Shown here: piece by piece, positions 34,671 to 47,643 of the stretch | Numbering within the stretch: position 1 is the first letter of the stretch | Layout of the letters: each line of letters begins with the position of its first letter | From: Leucoraja erinacea | Taxonomy: Eukaryota | Length of the DNA: 64,000 nt | Assembly (NCBI RefSeq): GCF_028641065.1 | Contig: NC_073384.1 | Span: 20,460,001 to 20,524,000, forward strand | Direction of reading: 5' to 3' | Made by a program: the position numbers and the translations under genes | The notes under the pieces: model-generated | Databases searched by the model: none | The model's input: the letters and a program-made list of their open reading frames with translations, nothing else | Told to the model about the DNA's origin: nothing

Positions 34671-37600
34671 TATAAAAATTAAACACTGTTGAATCTTGAA
34701 AAATAAATGTGGCTTGAAGCCATACAACAGAGAAAGAGCTCATTTGACCTGTTGAGTCCACACTGACCATCAAGCACCCATTTGCATTGCTGTTATTCTA
34801 TTTTGCCACCCATCTGCACATTGGGGGCAATTTACAGCAGCTAATGAACCTCCCAACCTACACGTTCGAGAAAACCCGAACACCTGGAGGAGACCCACGT
34901 GTGATCAGGCAGAACGTGCGAGCTAGACACAGACAGCACCCGAGGTCAGGATTAAACCCGGGTCGCTGGAGTGCCGCCCAGCTGAAGTGAGGAGGTCAAA
35001 ACTGCGCATGATATTCCAGGTTGTGCTGAGAGACTTTGATAGCGGTGAAATTCTGCGAGAGCAAGTTATCATCAAGCCAGGTCTCATCAACAATCGCCCT
35101 CTGCACTCAACGAGTGGGCTCATTATAAAAACGCAACCTCTTCATTCTTAATCTGGCAACAAAGGCTGTCTAACAGATACGATCACCAACGCAGCAGTGA
35201 CGTTTTTGTGGTCACCCACGCCTATATTCTGATGAAGTCCCTTGTGATCTGTTCGGTCACATTTAAAACTAACACCTGCTTTACAGCCTGACATTTATTG
35301 TGAATGAATGTCTAACACACATTGAAAAAAAAATGTGAATCTACGAAGATTGGATCGAGTGCTTTGTCGACAAGCAGGTTTTCTCTCTTTCCCTTCCGTT
35401 CACACCCATGCTTCCCTTTCCCTGCAGAAACAGATTTCTTTGAACCTCATCCAACAGAGTAATTTCCCCACGCAGTTGTTGTTATATAACTTGCTCTCGC
35501 AGAATTTCTGCGCTGTCAAAGTCTCTCAGCACAACCAGTCTAAAACAGTGCATCGTGTCAAATGCTGAGCCCCCAGGTTCTAGACATTCCACCAGGCTCA
35601 GAAGGAGATACGTAACAGCCGTGGCTAGAGTGAGATTGATGAGGATCGTTTCGATCCTGTGCCCCTGAGGGAATCCCTTGCATTGACAAGTGGAGACACG
35701 GGGTTGTGGGATGAGCACATACGTGGCAAGCAAAAGGTCAGTAACAAGAGCAGTCCATTCAGCCCCTCAAAACAGTACCCTCCTCAGATTCAACTCCTCT
35801 ATTTTCCAAAAAGGAGTTAGTTTGAGAGCCCCCCTCCCCATTGTAAAACTCTGATCATCCAACACAGTAGCTACTGAGTTGGCAGATTTTCCAGACCATT
35901 GGATGTTATTGATACCCCAACAATTCTTTCAATTCAGTTGTTTTTACATGTGACATTGCACTGTAATAAATTTCCCAATCGCCCCAGCAAGTGTAAAAGG
36001 AGCTCGGAAACCGGGAATGGGATGAGAGAGGGGGTTAAGGACGAAGCAATGGGCAAGAGCAGGTACGTGTGTATCCACAGAGTGTGTGAGTGAACAGAAT
36101 GTATCAGCGTTCAGATCAGCCATGATCGAATGCAGGCTCAATGGGCCTGATGGCCTAATTTGGCTCCTATGTCTTATGGTTGTATGGTGTCGCTCAAAGT
36201 GAGTGTAAACATCTGTATATGTGCACCACATTTATCCGTGCAATCAATCCTGGTCTCCAGCCATCTTGGACTCCCTCCCCACCAGACCCAAATCTCATTC
36301 TATCAAACCCTGTGCGGTGACTGGGCTGCCATGCAAAGCCCACTCTGAAAGAACTGGCACTGCTCTGAACTGGAAGCCAGTCAACTTTGGTCCTAAGGGA
36401 ATATATTAGGAGGAGATGGAAGCAGATATAAATGAAAGATGTTGGTGTTGCTGCCACTCATTGCACCAGAGGGTATAGTGTTCTAACTTAGCAATAATTC
36501 TATTCAAGGTTAGCTTCTTGGTTTGATTGTGTGGTTTGATACTCCCATAATATCTGAGAAAGATATGAAAGAAAACTTCAATCTCAAACGCTTGGGAAGC
36601 GATGGACCACATCCTGATAAATCTGATTAGTAAAGATGGGTACTTGATGTTCAGCATGGAAATGGTGGGCAGAAGGGGCCTTTTCAGGTTGTATGACTAT
36701 GACTTGAAGTCCAGTCAAAGCGCAACCAAACCAAAACCGTCCCACTGTAAATGAAGCTTTCCCTAGAAGGAATTGAGAGTCAAAAAACTTCAGATGCTGG
36801 AATTCTAATATAAAAACATAAAATTCCGATAACACTCACAGGTCAGGCAGCACCTGTGGGGAGAGAAACAGAGTCAACATTTCAAGGCGATGACCTGAAA
36901 TGTTACCTTTGTTTCCCTTTCCGCAGATCCTTCCAAAATAAACGTATTGATTGGTAATGATGAAAAAAGATCTAACATGTGGAATGTAGGAAAGGTAGGA
37001 ATGGCCTACACCGCTCCTTGAGCTGCTCTGCAGACCAGGACTGATTCAAAACTATGTCCGTTCCTTGTCCGCTGTCTGACCTGTTGAATTCCTCCACCAA
37101 TTTGTTTTTTGCTCAAGATTTCATCATCTGCAGTCTTCTGTGTCTCCTGATTTAGGTCTCGCCCATTTTTTCACCTGGTCTTCTTTCCTCTGATTCTATG
37201 TGTCCAAAGTGTTCTCTACCTTGCCCTTGAATATGCTCAATGGTAAAATGCCCTCGTCCCAGGGTCATGGTCCTCTATGTGAAAAAGAAAATAATCTAAC
37301 CTTATCACGAGTCCCTGATGTCAGAGGGACCGTCATCTGAATCTACCCAGTCAATTCCTGATGGAATCTCAACAGAGCTTCCCATTGGACAAAGGGGCCG
37401 AGGGGAGCATCCTGGGGCCAGGAGATTGTGCAGACCATTGTAATGCTCCGGTCCAAAATTAATAATGGTGCATCGAGCAGCAACCCCCCCCCCCCCCCAT
37501 CCTATTCAACTATGGCATGGAATTGTTGCTAAGTTCCCCGCTCTTAGCAAAGCAGATCAAATTATAGCAAATGGTTATGACCTCATTTGTTTTGCTTAAA

Positions 37601-39139
37601 AGCCAAACTCTAAAAAAAATTGACAGTTATTAAAGGTCAAACGAATTGTGTCTCGTTTACAACTAGCAGACGAAAGGGCTCAGTGCTCTTTCTGTTCCCT
37701 CGCAACCAGTGGAGACACATTAAGGATATTGTTTACTCATTATCCGTGTGTTGGAAGCCTACAATTGGTCTTCAATGTTAAAGAACAATTGGATGAGATG
37801 CAAACGTTATTGAGGTTAATTACAGTCAGGCATCATACTATTTGATGAAATCTCACATATTAAATCAAACCATTAAAAACTCAGAGCTGACAGCTTGCGA
37901 TGCTGGTGTTCAATTAACAAAATGAATGTGTTGTTAGCTGTGGATCAGCTTGGAAATTATGGGAGTAGGTAAAACAAAGTGCGACAGGAAGACTGAGATC
38001 TCTCCTTTAGGAGTGATTCCTGAAGAAAGAACGGAGGGCAGCTTATTTGATATAGAACTACTTGGCACCAAGTGGGCCATTTGGTCTTCCATGCTAGCTC
38101 GTAAGGTTACAATTTGTCCCATTCTCTGTTCTTCAAGCACTTGCCAAACGTGTCCTTTTCCAGTACAACTCTCATTGCCCTTCGGAACGCATGTTAATGT
38201 GGCACCTTCAGCCCTCAAAGGTTGCAGTACATCTCTTACTCTGCGGTCTTGTCCGTCCGCAGTTTTCATTGCTCCACCACTGACTGCCTGGGCTCTCAGC
38301 TCCAGAACACCCCCTAATTTCTCCACCACTTTATCTTCCTTTGAGCACTCTTCAACCTTACCTCCTGGACCAGGTCTAGTGTATGTAGTCCAAAGAAGGA
38401 TTCCAACCAGAAGCGTTCTCCAGAGATGCTGCCTAACCCGCTGAGTTACTCTAGCATTTTACGTCCTTTTCTGGTGTCCAAAGATCTCTTTAAGCAGTCC
38501 GGTTGGGTTTGTTTAATGATGCGACTGTGGGGTATTTTGTTCCATTGGAGATCTGGATAAATGTTGATTGTCACAGAGACGTACAGCACAGAAAGAGGTC
38601 CTTCGACTCCATGCTGACCATCAAACACCCATTTACATTAATCCTGCGTTAATCCCATATTCCCATCATCTCCTCTCAGATTCTAGTACTCACCTACACA
38701 AAAGGGGCAATTTACTGATCAATTAACCTACTAACCTGCAAGTCGTTGGGATGTGGGAAGAAACCAGAACACCTGGAGAAAGCCCACACATTCACAGGTC
38801 GAATGTGCAAACACCACACAAGTGAGGCAGTATGAGGTTGCAGCTTCACTTGCAGTGCCACTAAGCCACTCCTACTCACCCTGAGTCTAGAACTCAATGT
38901 TAGAAAGATTGGTATAGGCAGAGACCCTATTTAAATAAAAAACAGGATAGCCCATATCTATCATTAAAATTGTTAGAGTTTTATAAAAGTTATAAAAGGT
39001 ATCTTTTGGTATAAAAATAAGTTATAAAAGGTATCTACATTGGCACACGTGACAATGATAAACCAACAAATACAAAGACAAGAGACTGCAGATGCTGGGA
39101 TATGGAGCAAAAAAAACAAACAAACCGATGGAGGAACTC

Positions 39140-39367
39140 GTAGGTTACACAAAAAAGCTGGAGAAACTCAGCGGGTGCAGCAGCATCTATGGAGCGAAGG
39201 AAATAGGCAACGTTTCGGGCCGAAACCCTTCTTCAGACGGAAGAAGGGTTTCGGCCCGAAACGTTGCCTATTTCCTTCGCTCCATAGATGCTGCTGCACC
39301 CGCTGAGTTTCTCCAGCTTTTTTGTGTAACCTTCGATTCTCCAGCATCTGCAGTTCCCTCTTAAACA
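39140..39367. mobile_element. Young Penelope-derived foldback insertion
   Basis: Essentially perfect inverted arms of about 92 bp (39143-39234 / 39240-39331); 14-bp TSD cgatggaggaactc (39126-39139, 39368-39381). Confidence 0.85.
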
Positions 39368-39389
39368 CGATGGAGGAACTCAGCAGAAA

Positions 39390-39829
39390 GACACAAAATG
39401 CTGGCGCAACTCAGCGGGTCAAGCAGCATCTCTGGAGAAATGAATCGGTGACGTTTCGGGTCGAGACTCTTCTTCAGGCTGAGAGTCAGGGGAAAGGGAA
39501 ACGAGATATAGGTGGGGAATTAGAGAGATCTACAACAAATGAATTAAAGATAGGCAAACATGTAACGACGATCAAGGAAAGGTGGAGTCCACAAGGGTCT
39601 ATTGTTGGCTGTAGACCAGGTGATAATGAGTTACACAGACAATGAAACTCAACAGGATGACAATGAAACTAGTGGTGTGGGAGGGACGGAGAGAGAGGGA
39701 ATGCAAAGATTACGTGAAATTAGCTAAATCAAAATTCATACGCTGTTGTAAACTGCCCAAGCAAAAGATGAGGTGCTGATGGTCCAATTTGCGTTTGGCC
39801 TCACTTTGACAATGGAGGAGGCCCAACAC
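39390..39829 (-). mobile_element. Penelope-like element 3' fragment: GIY-YIG ORF end, 3' UTR and hammerhead-bearing terminal repeat
   Basis: Minus 39829-39710 translates VLGLLHCQSEAKRKLDHQHLIFCLGSLQQRMNFDLANFT*, resembling the PLE GIY-YIG C-terminus (RKLEEQHLIFRLGSLQP-GMN type). Confidence 0.75.
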
Positions 39830-40224
39830 TTTGTCCCCTTCCCATCCCATATTGACCTACGAGGAGCTCGGCAGGCGAGGCAGCGTCTGTGGATGGGAAT
39901 AAACTGTTGATTATTCAGGAAGACATCCTTCATATTGTGTCATATTCATATCATATTCACATCCATGATCATATTGAATGGCAGTGCAAGCTCGTAGGGC
40001 TTTATTGAATGGCCTACTCCTGCACCTATTTTCTATGTTTCATTTGTATTGAAAGAGTATTAAATACTTGATTGAAGCATGCTTTTAGGCAGAGCAGGTG
40101 AGGCTGGTACAGTCTTGCATTTATTCAGGGCTTTCCACTGCTTCAGAGTGTCTCAGAGATCTGTATCCGAAAGAATGAAGTCATTATTTCCTGAATTAAT
40201 TTTGAAAGATCCATTAAGTATTTT

Positions 40225-40600
40225 ACCCTTCAAGAGTTGAGAGTGTTTTATTGTCATATGTCCCAAATAGAACAATGAAATTCTTACTTGCAACAGCACA
40301 ACCGAATAGGTAAACATAGTACGCTGTAAACAATAAAGTAAATGAGAAAAAAAAGTTCAGTGTATGTATATTATACACACATACACAAAAACAATCAACA
40401 ATAATAATGCAATAATAATAATGCAAAAAGAAAAAAACAATGCCCCCAAGTCTATGTAGTTCAGAGCTTATTTGGAGGTTGCAGTGTTTTATAGCCTGCT
40501 GGCTGTAGGGAAGATGATGTTCCTGGACTACAGTTTTCAGGCTCCTGTACCTTCTTCCCAATGGCAGGGTTGAAATGAGTGTGTGGCCGGGGTGGTCAGC
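40225..40600 (-). mobile_element. Rex1/Babar 3' end
   Basis: MGRRYRSLKT...; tail gcaagtaagaatttcattg...atgacaataaa on the minus strand. Confidence 0.7.
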
Positions 40601-41540
40601 TTGAGTTACTGAGACTGGACAGCTATATTTAAGAGGGAGTTAGATGTGGCCCTTGTGGCTAAGGGGATCAGGGGGTATGGAGAGAAGGCAGGTACGGGAT
40701 ACTGAGTTGGATGATCAGCCATGATCATATTGAATGGCGGTGCAGGCTCGAAGGGCCGAATGGCCTACTCCTGCACCTAATTTCTATGTTTCTATGTTTC
40801 TATGGCAGCTTGAGTTACAAGAAGCGGCTGGATAGGGTGGGACATTTGTCCCTGGAGCATAGGAGAGTAAGGGGTGATCTGAGAGAAAGGAATAAAATCA
40901 AGAAGGGAATAGATAAGACGGATGTTCACAGTCTTTCTCCCAGGGAAAGTTGGTGTCTGAAACTAAAGGGTGGAGGTTTAAGATGAGAAGGAAAGGAATT
41001 AAGAGTGACATTTTTTTCACACAGCAGGTGGTGGGTATATGGAATGAGTTGCCAGAGGAAGTGGTAGAGGTGGGTGCAATTGGAATGTTTCAAAGGCATT
41101 TAGACAGGTACATGGACAGGAAAGGCTAAGAACAGTATGGGCCGCAGCTCAAGGACACTGCTTTCCCAGCATGGACGGGTTGGGCTGCAGGGCCTGTTTC
41201 TGTGCTGTATGACTCGGTGGCAGGTGTGGAGGCTGCTCTGCTAATGCACGCAGCGGAGGGTGCCGTTGCCCCTCACCCCGTAGAGACCCCATCACTTCCG
41301 CTGACTCAGCACTTTCCCCAGGTGTCAGCCGCCACAGATTATTTTTACGGCACGACGGCTGCGGAAGCCCTTCAGCGGAGTTGGATCCGGTGGAAACGAT
41401 GACAGATTTTCCACCGGCACTGCCGAGTGTGGGCTTCGCATCGCATTGCAGCTGTAGGGGAAGTGGTAATCAGCTTGGTTGTGTCTCAGGAAGTAGTGAA
41501 TCAAGATTTCTGAGTGGGTATTTGATGTTACCCTCCTCTC

Positions 41541-41587
<47 letters not shown>

Positions 41588-41649
41588 CTGGCTGTGCGGT
41601 TCAATTACAAGCATGTTAGCATGTGTGTGTCTGATCATAAGGCCATGTG

Positions 41650-42228
41650 ATTATAGAATTAGGCCATTCAGCCCATCAAGTCTACTCCGCCATTCAATCA
41701 TGGCTGATCTATCTGTCCCTCCTGACCCCATTCTCCTGCCTTCTTCCCATAACTTCTGACACCTCTACTAATCAAGAATCTATCTATCTCTGCCTTAAAA
41801 ATATCCACTGACTTGGCCTCCACAGTTATCTGAGGCAAAGAATTCCACAGAATCAACGTCCTCTGACGAAAGAAATGTCTCCTCATCTCCTTCCTCAAAG
41901 AACGTCCTTTAATTCTGAGGCTATGACCTCTAGTCCTAGACTCTCCCATTAGTGGAAACATCCTCCCCACATCCATTCTATCCCAGCCTTTCACTATTCG
42001 GTGTTTCAACGAGTTCACCCCTCATTCTTCTAAACTCCAACGAGTACAGGCCCAGTACCAACAAACGCTCATCGTAGGTTAACCTAATCATTCCTGGGGT
42101 CATTCCTTTGAACCTCCTCTGGACACTCTCCTGAGCCAGCACATCATCAGATATGGTGTCCAAAACGGGTCACAATATTACAAATGCAGGCTTATCAGCA
42201 CCGTATAAAGCCTCAACATTACATCCCT
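41650..42228 (-). mobile_element. CR1/HER1 3' fragment
   Basis: ESVQRRFKGMTPG...LGLYSLEFRRMRG; GESRTRGHSL...LWNSLP. Confidence 0.85.
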
Positions 42229-42229
42229 G

Positions 42230-43730
42230 TGATGACACAGTTACGTCAAACAACTACAAGAACTGAATATTCAAGGATATACATCCTATCGAAAAGACAG
42301 ACAGGTGGGCAGAGGGGGTGGGGTAGCTCTGTTGGTGAGAAATGAAATTCAGTCCCTTGCAAGGGGTGAAATTGAATCAGGAGTTGTGAGTCAGTATGGA
42401 TAGAACTAAGGAATTGTAAGGGTAAAATATCCTAACTGACTTATCTACAGGCCCCCAAATAGTTGTCTGGATATAGGGTGCAAGTTGAATCAGGAGTTAA
42501 AATTGGCATGTCATAAAGGTAATGCTATGGTTGTTATGGGAGATTTCAACATGTAGGTAGACTGGGAAAATCAGGTTGGTACTGGACCCCAAGAAAGGGA
42601 GTTTGTGGAGTGCCTCCGTGATGGATTCTTAGAGCAGCTTGTATTGGAGCCTACCAGGGAGAAGACAATTCTGGATTTAGTGTTATGTAATGAACCGGAT
42701 TTGATAAAGGAACTTGAGGTTAAGGAACCATTAGGAGATAGTGACCATAATATGGTCAAGTTTAATCTACAATTGGAGAGGGAGAAGGGCAAATCCGAGG
42801 TGTCAGTGTTACAGTTGCATAAAGGGGACTATGGAGCCATGAGGGAGGAGCTGGCCAAAGTTGACTGGAAAGATACCCTAGCAAGGATGACAGTGGAACA
42901 ACAATGGCAGGTATTGGGCAGGTTGGGTGAGTGGGCTGATGCATGGCAGATGCAATGCGAGTTTATCCACTTTGGTAGCAAAAACAGGAAGGCAAATTAC
43001 AATCTAAATGGTGTCAAGTTGGGAAAAGGGGAAGTACAACGGGATCTGGGGGGTCCCTGGTCATCAGTCAAGGAAAGTAAACATGCAGGTACAGCAGGCA
43101 GTGAAGAAAGCAAATGGCATTTTGGCCTTTATAACAAGAGGAGTTGAGTATAGGAGCAAAGAGATCCTTCTGCAGTTGTATAGGGCCCTAGTGAGACACA
43201 CCAATTTTGGTCCCCTAATTTGTGGAAGGACATTCTTGCTTTTGAGGAAGTGCAGCGTAGGTTTACAAGGTTAATTCCCGGGATGGCGGGACTTTCATAT
43301 GCCGAGAGAATGGAGCGGCTGGGCTTGTATACTCTGGAGTTTAGAAGGATGAGAGGGAATGGTATTGAGACATATTATTATTAAGGGTTTGGACACGCTA
43401 GAGGCAGGAAACATGTTCCTGATGTTCGGGGAGTCCAGAACCAGGGGCCACAGTTTAAGAATAAGGGGTAAGCAATTTAGAACGGAGACGAGGAAACACT
43501 TTTTCTCACAGAGAGTTGTGAGAGTGTGGAATTCTCTGCCTCAGAGAGCAGTGGAGGCCAGTTCTCTGGATACTTTCAAGAGAGAGCTAGATAGGGCTCT
43601 TAAAGATAGCAGAGTCAAGGGATATGGGGAGAAGGCAGGGAAAGGGGTACTGATTGGGGATGATCAGCCATGATCACATTGAATGGCGGTGCTGGCTAGA
43701 AAGGCCGAATGTCTATTGTCTATTGTCTAA
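42230..43730 (+). mobile_element. CR1 LINE ORF2 remnant: APE endonuclease joined to the RT C-terminus
   Basis: RKDRQVGRGGGVALLV, YRPPN, MGDFN, ILDLVL and LGDSDHNMV motifs, then an abrupt jump near 42915 to GRLGEWADAWQM; CR1 3' tail. Confidence 0.9.
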
Positions 43731-44744
43731 AACAGGAGCAGGATTAAGCCACTCGGCTTTTCAAACCTGCCCTGGCATTCAATGCTGGTCCATATTTTGA
43801 CAACAGTTGTGCCCAAGACCGCAAGAAATTGCAGAGGTTTGTGAATGTAGCCCAGTCCAACCTACAGACTAGACACCCCACCATTGACTCCATCTACACT
43901 TCACGCTGCCTCGGGAAAGCAACCAACATAATCAAGAACTATTTTCACCCCAGTCATTCCCATTCTCCCACTCTCATCGGGCAGAAAGTATAAAAGATTG
44001 AAAGCACGTACCACCGGATTCAGGTATAGCTTCTTTCCTGCTGTCCTCCCATAAGCTAGGGTGCAGCCCTGATCTTCCAATCTGCCTTTTCTCTAACAAG
44101 CTGTAATGCTGTAAAAATATATTCTGCACTTTTTTTTCCTGGATAGCACTCAAAATAAAGCTTTTCACTGTATCCCGGTACTCATGACAATAATAAACCG
44201 ATGTCATTACTATTGATGGTAAATAGATGTAACCCCAGCGTAGATCCCAGTGAGAATCCATTTATTATATCTTGCCAACTTCAAAATGACCCGGTTATTA
44301 TCCTTATTGTCTACCCAAGATGACACATTAATCCCAAGGCCCTGTGAATGTATGTACCTTGAACAGTAACCTTTTACATCACACCTTACCAAATGCACTG
44401 CACCCACTGGGTCACCTTTATACTTCCTCAAAGTACTCTAATTGTTTTGTCAACTGTGATTTCCCTTTTACAAAACCATTATTGGCTCTGCTGGATTGTC
44501 TTATGATGGTCTGAATATCCTACAATTATATTTTGATTCCAACAATTTCTCAAAATTTCAGACTGACCCTGTTTTATGCTTTTGGTCATTCTCGTCTCTT
44601 AAGCAGAGATATATTTTCCCATCATCTGTGGCCTCTCTCCATGATTTATTGAAAGTTGGAAGATCGCAATATGCTTAAGGTTAATCGTTTTTGGGGTTTC
44701 AAATTTAAATCCTAAACCCTGCACAGGACAAAACCTTTGAATTT

Positions 44745-45041
44745 AATTTAGATTAGAGATACAGCGCGGAAACAGGCCTTTCGGCCCACCGAGTCCAAAC
44801 ACTAACACTGCCCTACACACACTAGGGACAATTTACACTTATACTTAGTCAATTAACTTACAAACCTGTACATCTTTGGAGTGTGGGAGGAAACCAAAAA
44901 TCTCGAAGAAAAGACCCATATGGTCATGGGGAGAACGTACAAACTACGTACAGACGACACCCGTAGTCGGGATAGAACGCGGGTCTCCGGCGCTGCAAGC
45001 GCTGTAAGGCAGCAACTCTACCACTACGCCCCTGTGCTGCC
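44745..45041 (-). mobile_element. HE1-like V-SINE
   Basis: SINE body and head on the minus strand. Confidence 0.8.
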
Positions 45042-45697
45042 CAATGACCTTAAAATGTCAGTACTGCTTTGAATTCTCTTAAGTTTTATTCCCCTTGAAA
45101 ATACAAGCGGCGAATTGAAGGCCATCATATCTCTCAATCAGCAGAGCAAAATTATTTTTAGTTGTAAAATGGGGAAATGATCATGAAGATATTTTAATGC
45201 AGAGAATAGTTGTGGGTTGACTGGGAACAGGTGTTGGTCCATGGGGGTAGAACATGGCTATTTCTAATCTTTGTTTCCATCTGTTATCAGTTCTACTTGT
45301 GTGCCAGTGAAATAATCATCTCGGGCAGATTTGTAGACAGTCTTTTACCAAGCTTATCGCAGAATAGCAAGCTCCTGTAGTACACCACATCACCCAGTGC
45401 ATTCAGGGCTCTCAATGGGTCTCTCAATAATATTTTATTTGAGAATGGTCTGTGATCACATTGAATGGCAGTGCTGGCTCGAAGGGCCGAATGGCCTATT
45501 CCTGCACCTATTGTCTATTGCCTATTGCAATCACTTGCATCTCCAAAGAAATACCTCTGCTTTTAATTGCATTGTAAATGTTATTCACGTTATTCCCTTT
45601 ATCATGTAATTGTACACTGTGGATGGCTCGATTGTCATCATGTATTGTCTTTTTGCCGACTGGTTAGCGCGCAACAAAAGCTTTTTACTGTACCTAG

Positions 45698-47643
45698 GTG
45701 CCGCCCACAATGCTGGGTAGATCCTGGATGAGCTGGGGGCTGACAGGTAAGCGGGGAAATAGAAATTAGGTTACAATTGGATCAGCCACGATCTTAATAA
45801 ATACTGAATAGGTTCAATCTGCTCCTAACTTGTATAGAACATAGAATAGTACAGCACAGGAAGTTTTTTTCAGCCCACAATTTCAATGCCGAACATAATA
45901 CCAAAGTAAGCTAATCCCTTTCACCAGCACACGGTCCATATCCCTCCTTTCACTGCATATTCATGTGCCCATGAGAGAGCGTTTTGAACACCACTATCGT
46001 ATCCACCTCGACCACAAGAAGTGGCAGCATATTCCAGACACCCACCACTCTCTGTGTAAAACTTGCCCCACATATCTCCTTTAAACTTTCTCCCTCTGAC
46101 CTGGTGATAATAAATTAAACTAAACTAAATTATCCTCAGAACCTATGCCCTATTCCTTCGGGGAATGATACTCTCAGCAATACCATTTAACATTTATATT
46201 AACATTAAATTAACATTTATACCATTTAATACCATTTAACAATTTAACAGAATCACCAAAAATTGTAGAGGAATATTGTCCCAGATCTCTCAATTTCTCC
46301 GGATGGAAGAACTCGCTACCCAGCGAGAAGTCACTAAGACTGAAAATCTCTTGACTTTCTCAGTTCTGGATGCCAGAATCCCCGTAGTGAGGCTGTGCTC
46401 AAAACTTTCATGACTCAGAGGTGAGAGTGCTCCCCACCGAGTCAAAAATGTAACGAACTAAATTGATATGGTTCCCAAAGCACCGGTCCAAACTCTCGAA
46501 TCCTGTATGATTACAATGGAATGGAATTGGTTCAGTTGCTGAAGTTAATGGCTCTAGCACTGGGCATGAAGTAGCTTTTTTCAGCACTTTTTGCTGGTTT
46601 TCAGATGGCCGTGCAGATTGTTGGCACTCGCACTTGACTGAGTACTAGTTTGTGCTTGTATTGATGGTGTGCAAAGAGCATTCATTTACATGTTACAGCA
46701 CAAAAGGCCATTCAGCCCATCATTTTGATACCTGCTTCAAATCATATCAGCCCCATTCTCCTCTCCTTATTTCCCTGTACCCCTGAACTCTGTCGCTCTC
46801 ACACATCGTAGAAACAAGGAACTGCAGACCTGGTTACACAAAGGGACACAAAATGCTGTAGTAACTCAGCAGGACATATTTGGAGAACATGAGTCAGTGA
46901 TGTTTTGGGTCGAAAGAAGGGTCCCAACCTGACACGTCACCTTTCCATCTTCTTCAGAGATGCTGCTTGACCGGCTGAGTAACTCCAGCACTTTGTGTCT
47001 GTCACACACATGTTTATCAACTCAGCTTTGAATCTTTTTGCCATTATCCTTCACTAATGGGTAATTGCTCAAGCTACAGGAGGTTGAGAGGACCTGAAGT
47101 TAATATGGAGGCTGAGGGGGAGACCTTATGGATGTTTATAAAATGATGCAAGGCATAGATAGTCTAGACAGTCCCCTGGGGCAGAAATATCAAATAATAG
47201 GGGGCATAGCTTTAAGGTCAGAGGGAGAAAGTTTAAAGGAGATATGTGGGGCAAGTTTTACACAGAAGAGTGGTGGGTGTCTGGAATATGCTGCCACATC
47301 TTGTGGTTGAGGCGGATACAATAGTGGTGTTCGAGAGGTTTTTGTCATGGGCACATGAATATGCAGTGAATGGAGGGATATGGTCCATGTGCTGGTGGAA
47401 GGGATTAGTTAAATTTGGCATCATGTTCGGCAATGAAATTGTGGGCTGAAGTAACTATTCCTGTGCTGTACTATTCTATGCTCTGTACAAGGACGGAGCA
47501 GATTAAACCTATTCTGTATTTATTAAGGTCCTGGCTGATCCAATTGTAACCTAATTTCTATTTTCCTGCTTACCTGTTGGAACTTTCAGCCCCCCCGCCC
47601 CCTCCCAGCTCATCCAGGATCTACCCAGCATTGTGGGAGGCAC
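45698..47643. repeat. Inverted duplication, arms 45698-46102 and 47215-47643
   Basis: Arms align in reverse complement across several repeat junctions. Confidence 0.85.

Noticed and set aside
37934-38444. Antiparallel 131-aa and 164-aa ORFs in apparently unique sequence
   Set aside because: No recognisable domain or convincing splice boundaries; part resembles a decayed LINE, and the end runs into a Penelope-derived repeat.
42605-43147. 180-aa ORF as a functional gene
   Set aside because: CR1 remnant surrounded by stops and frameshifts, with the RT core deleted.
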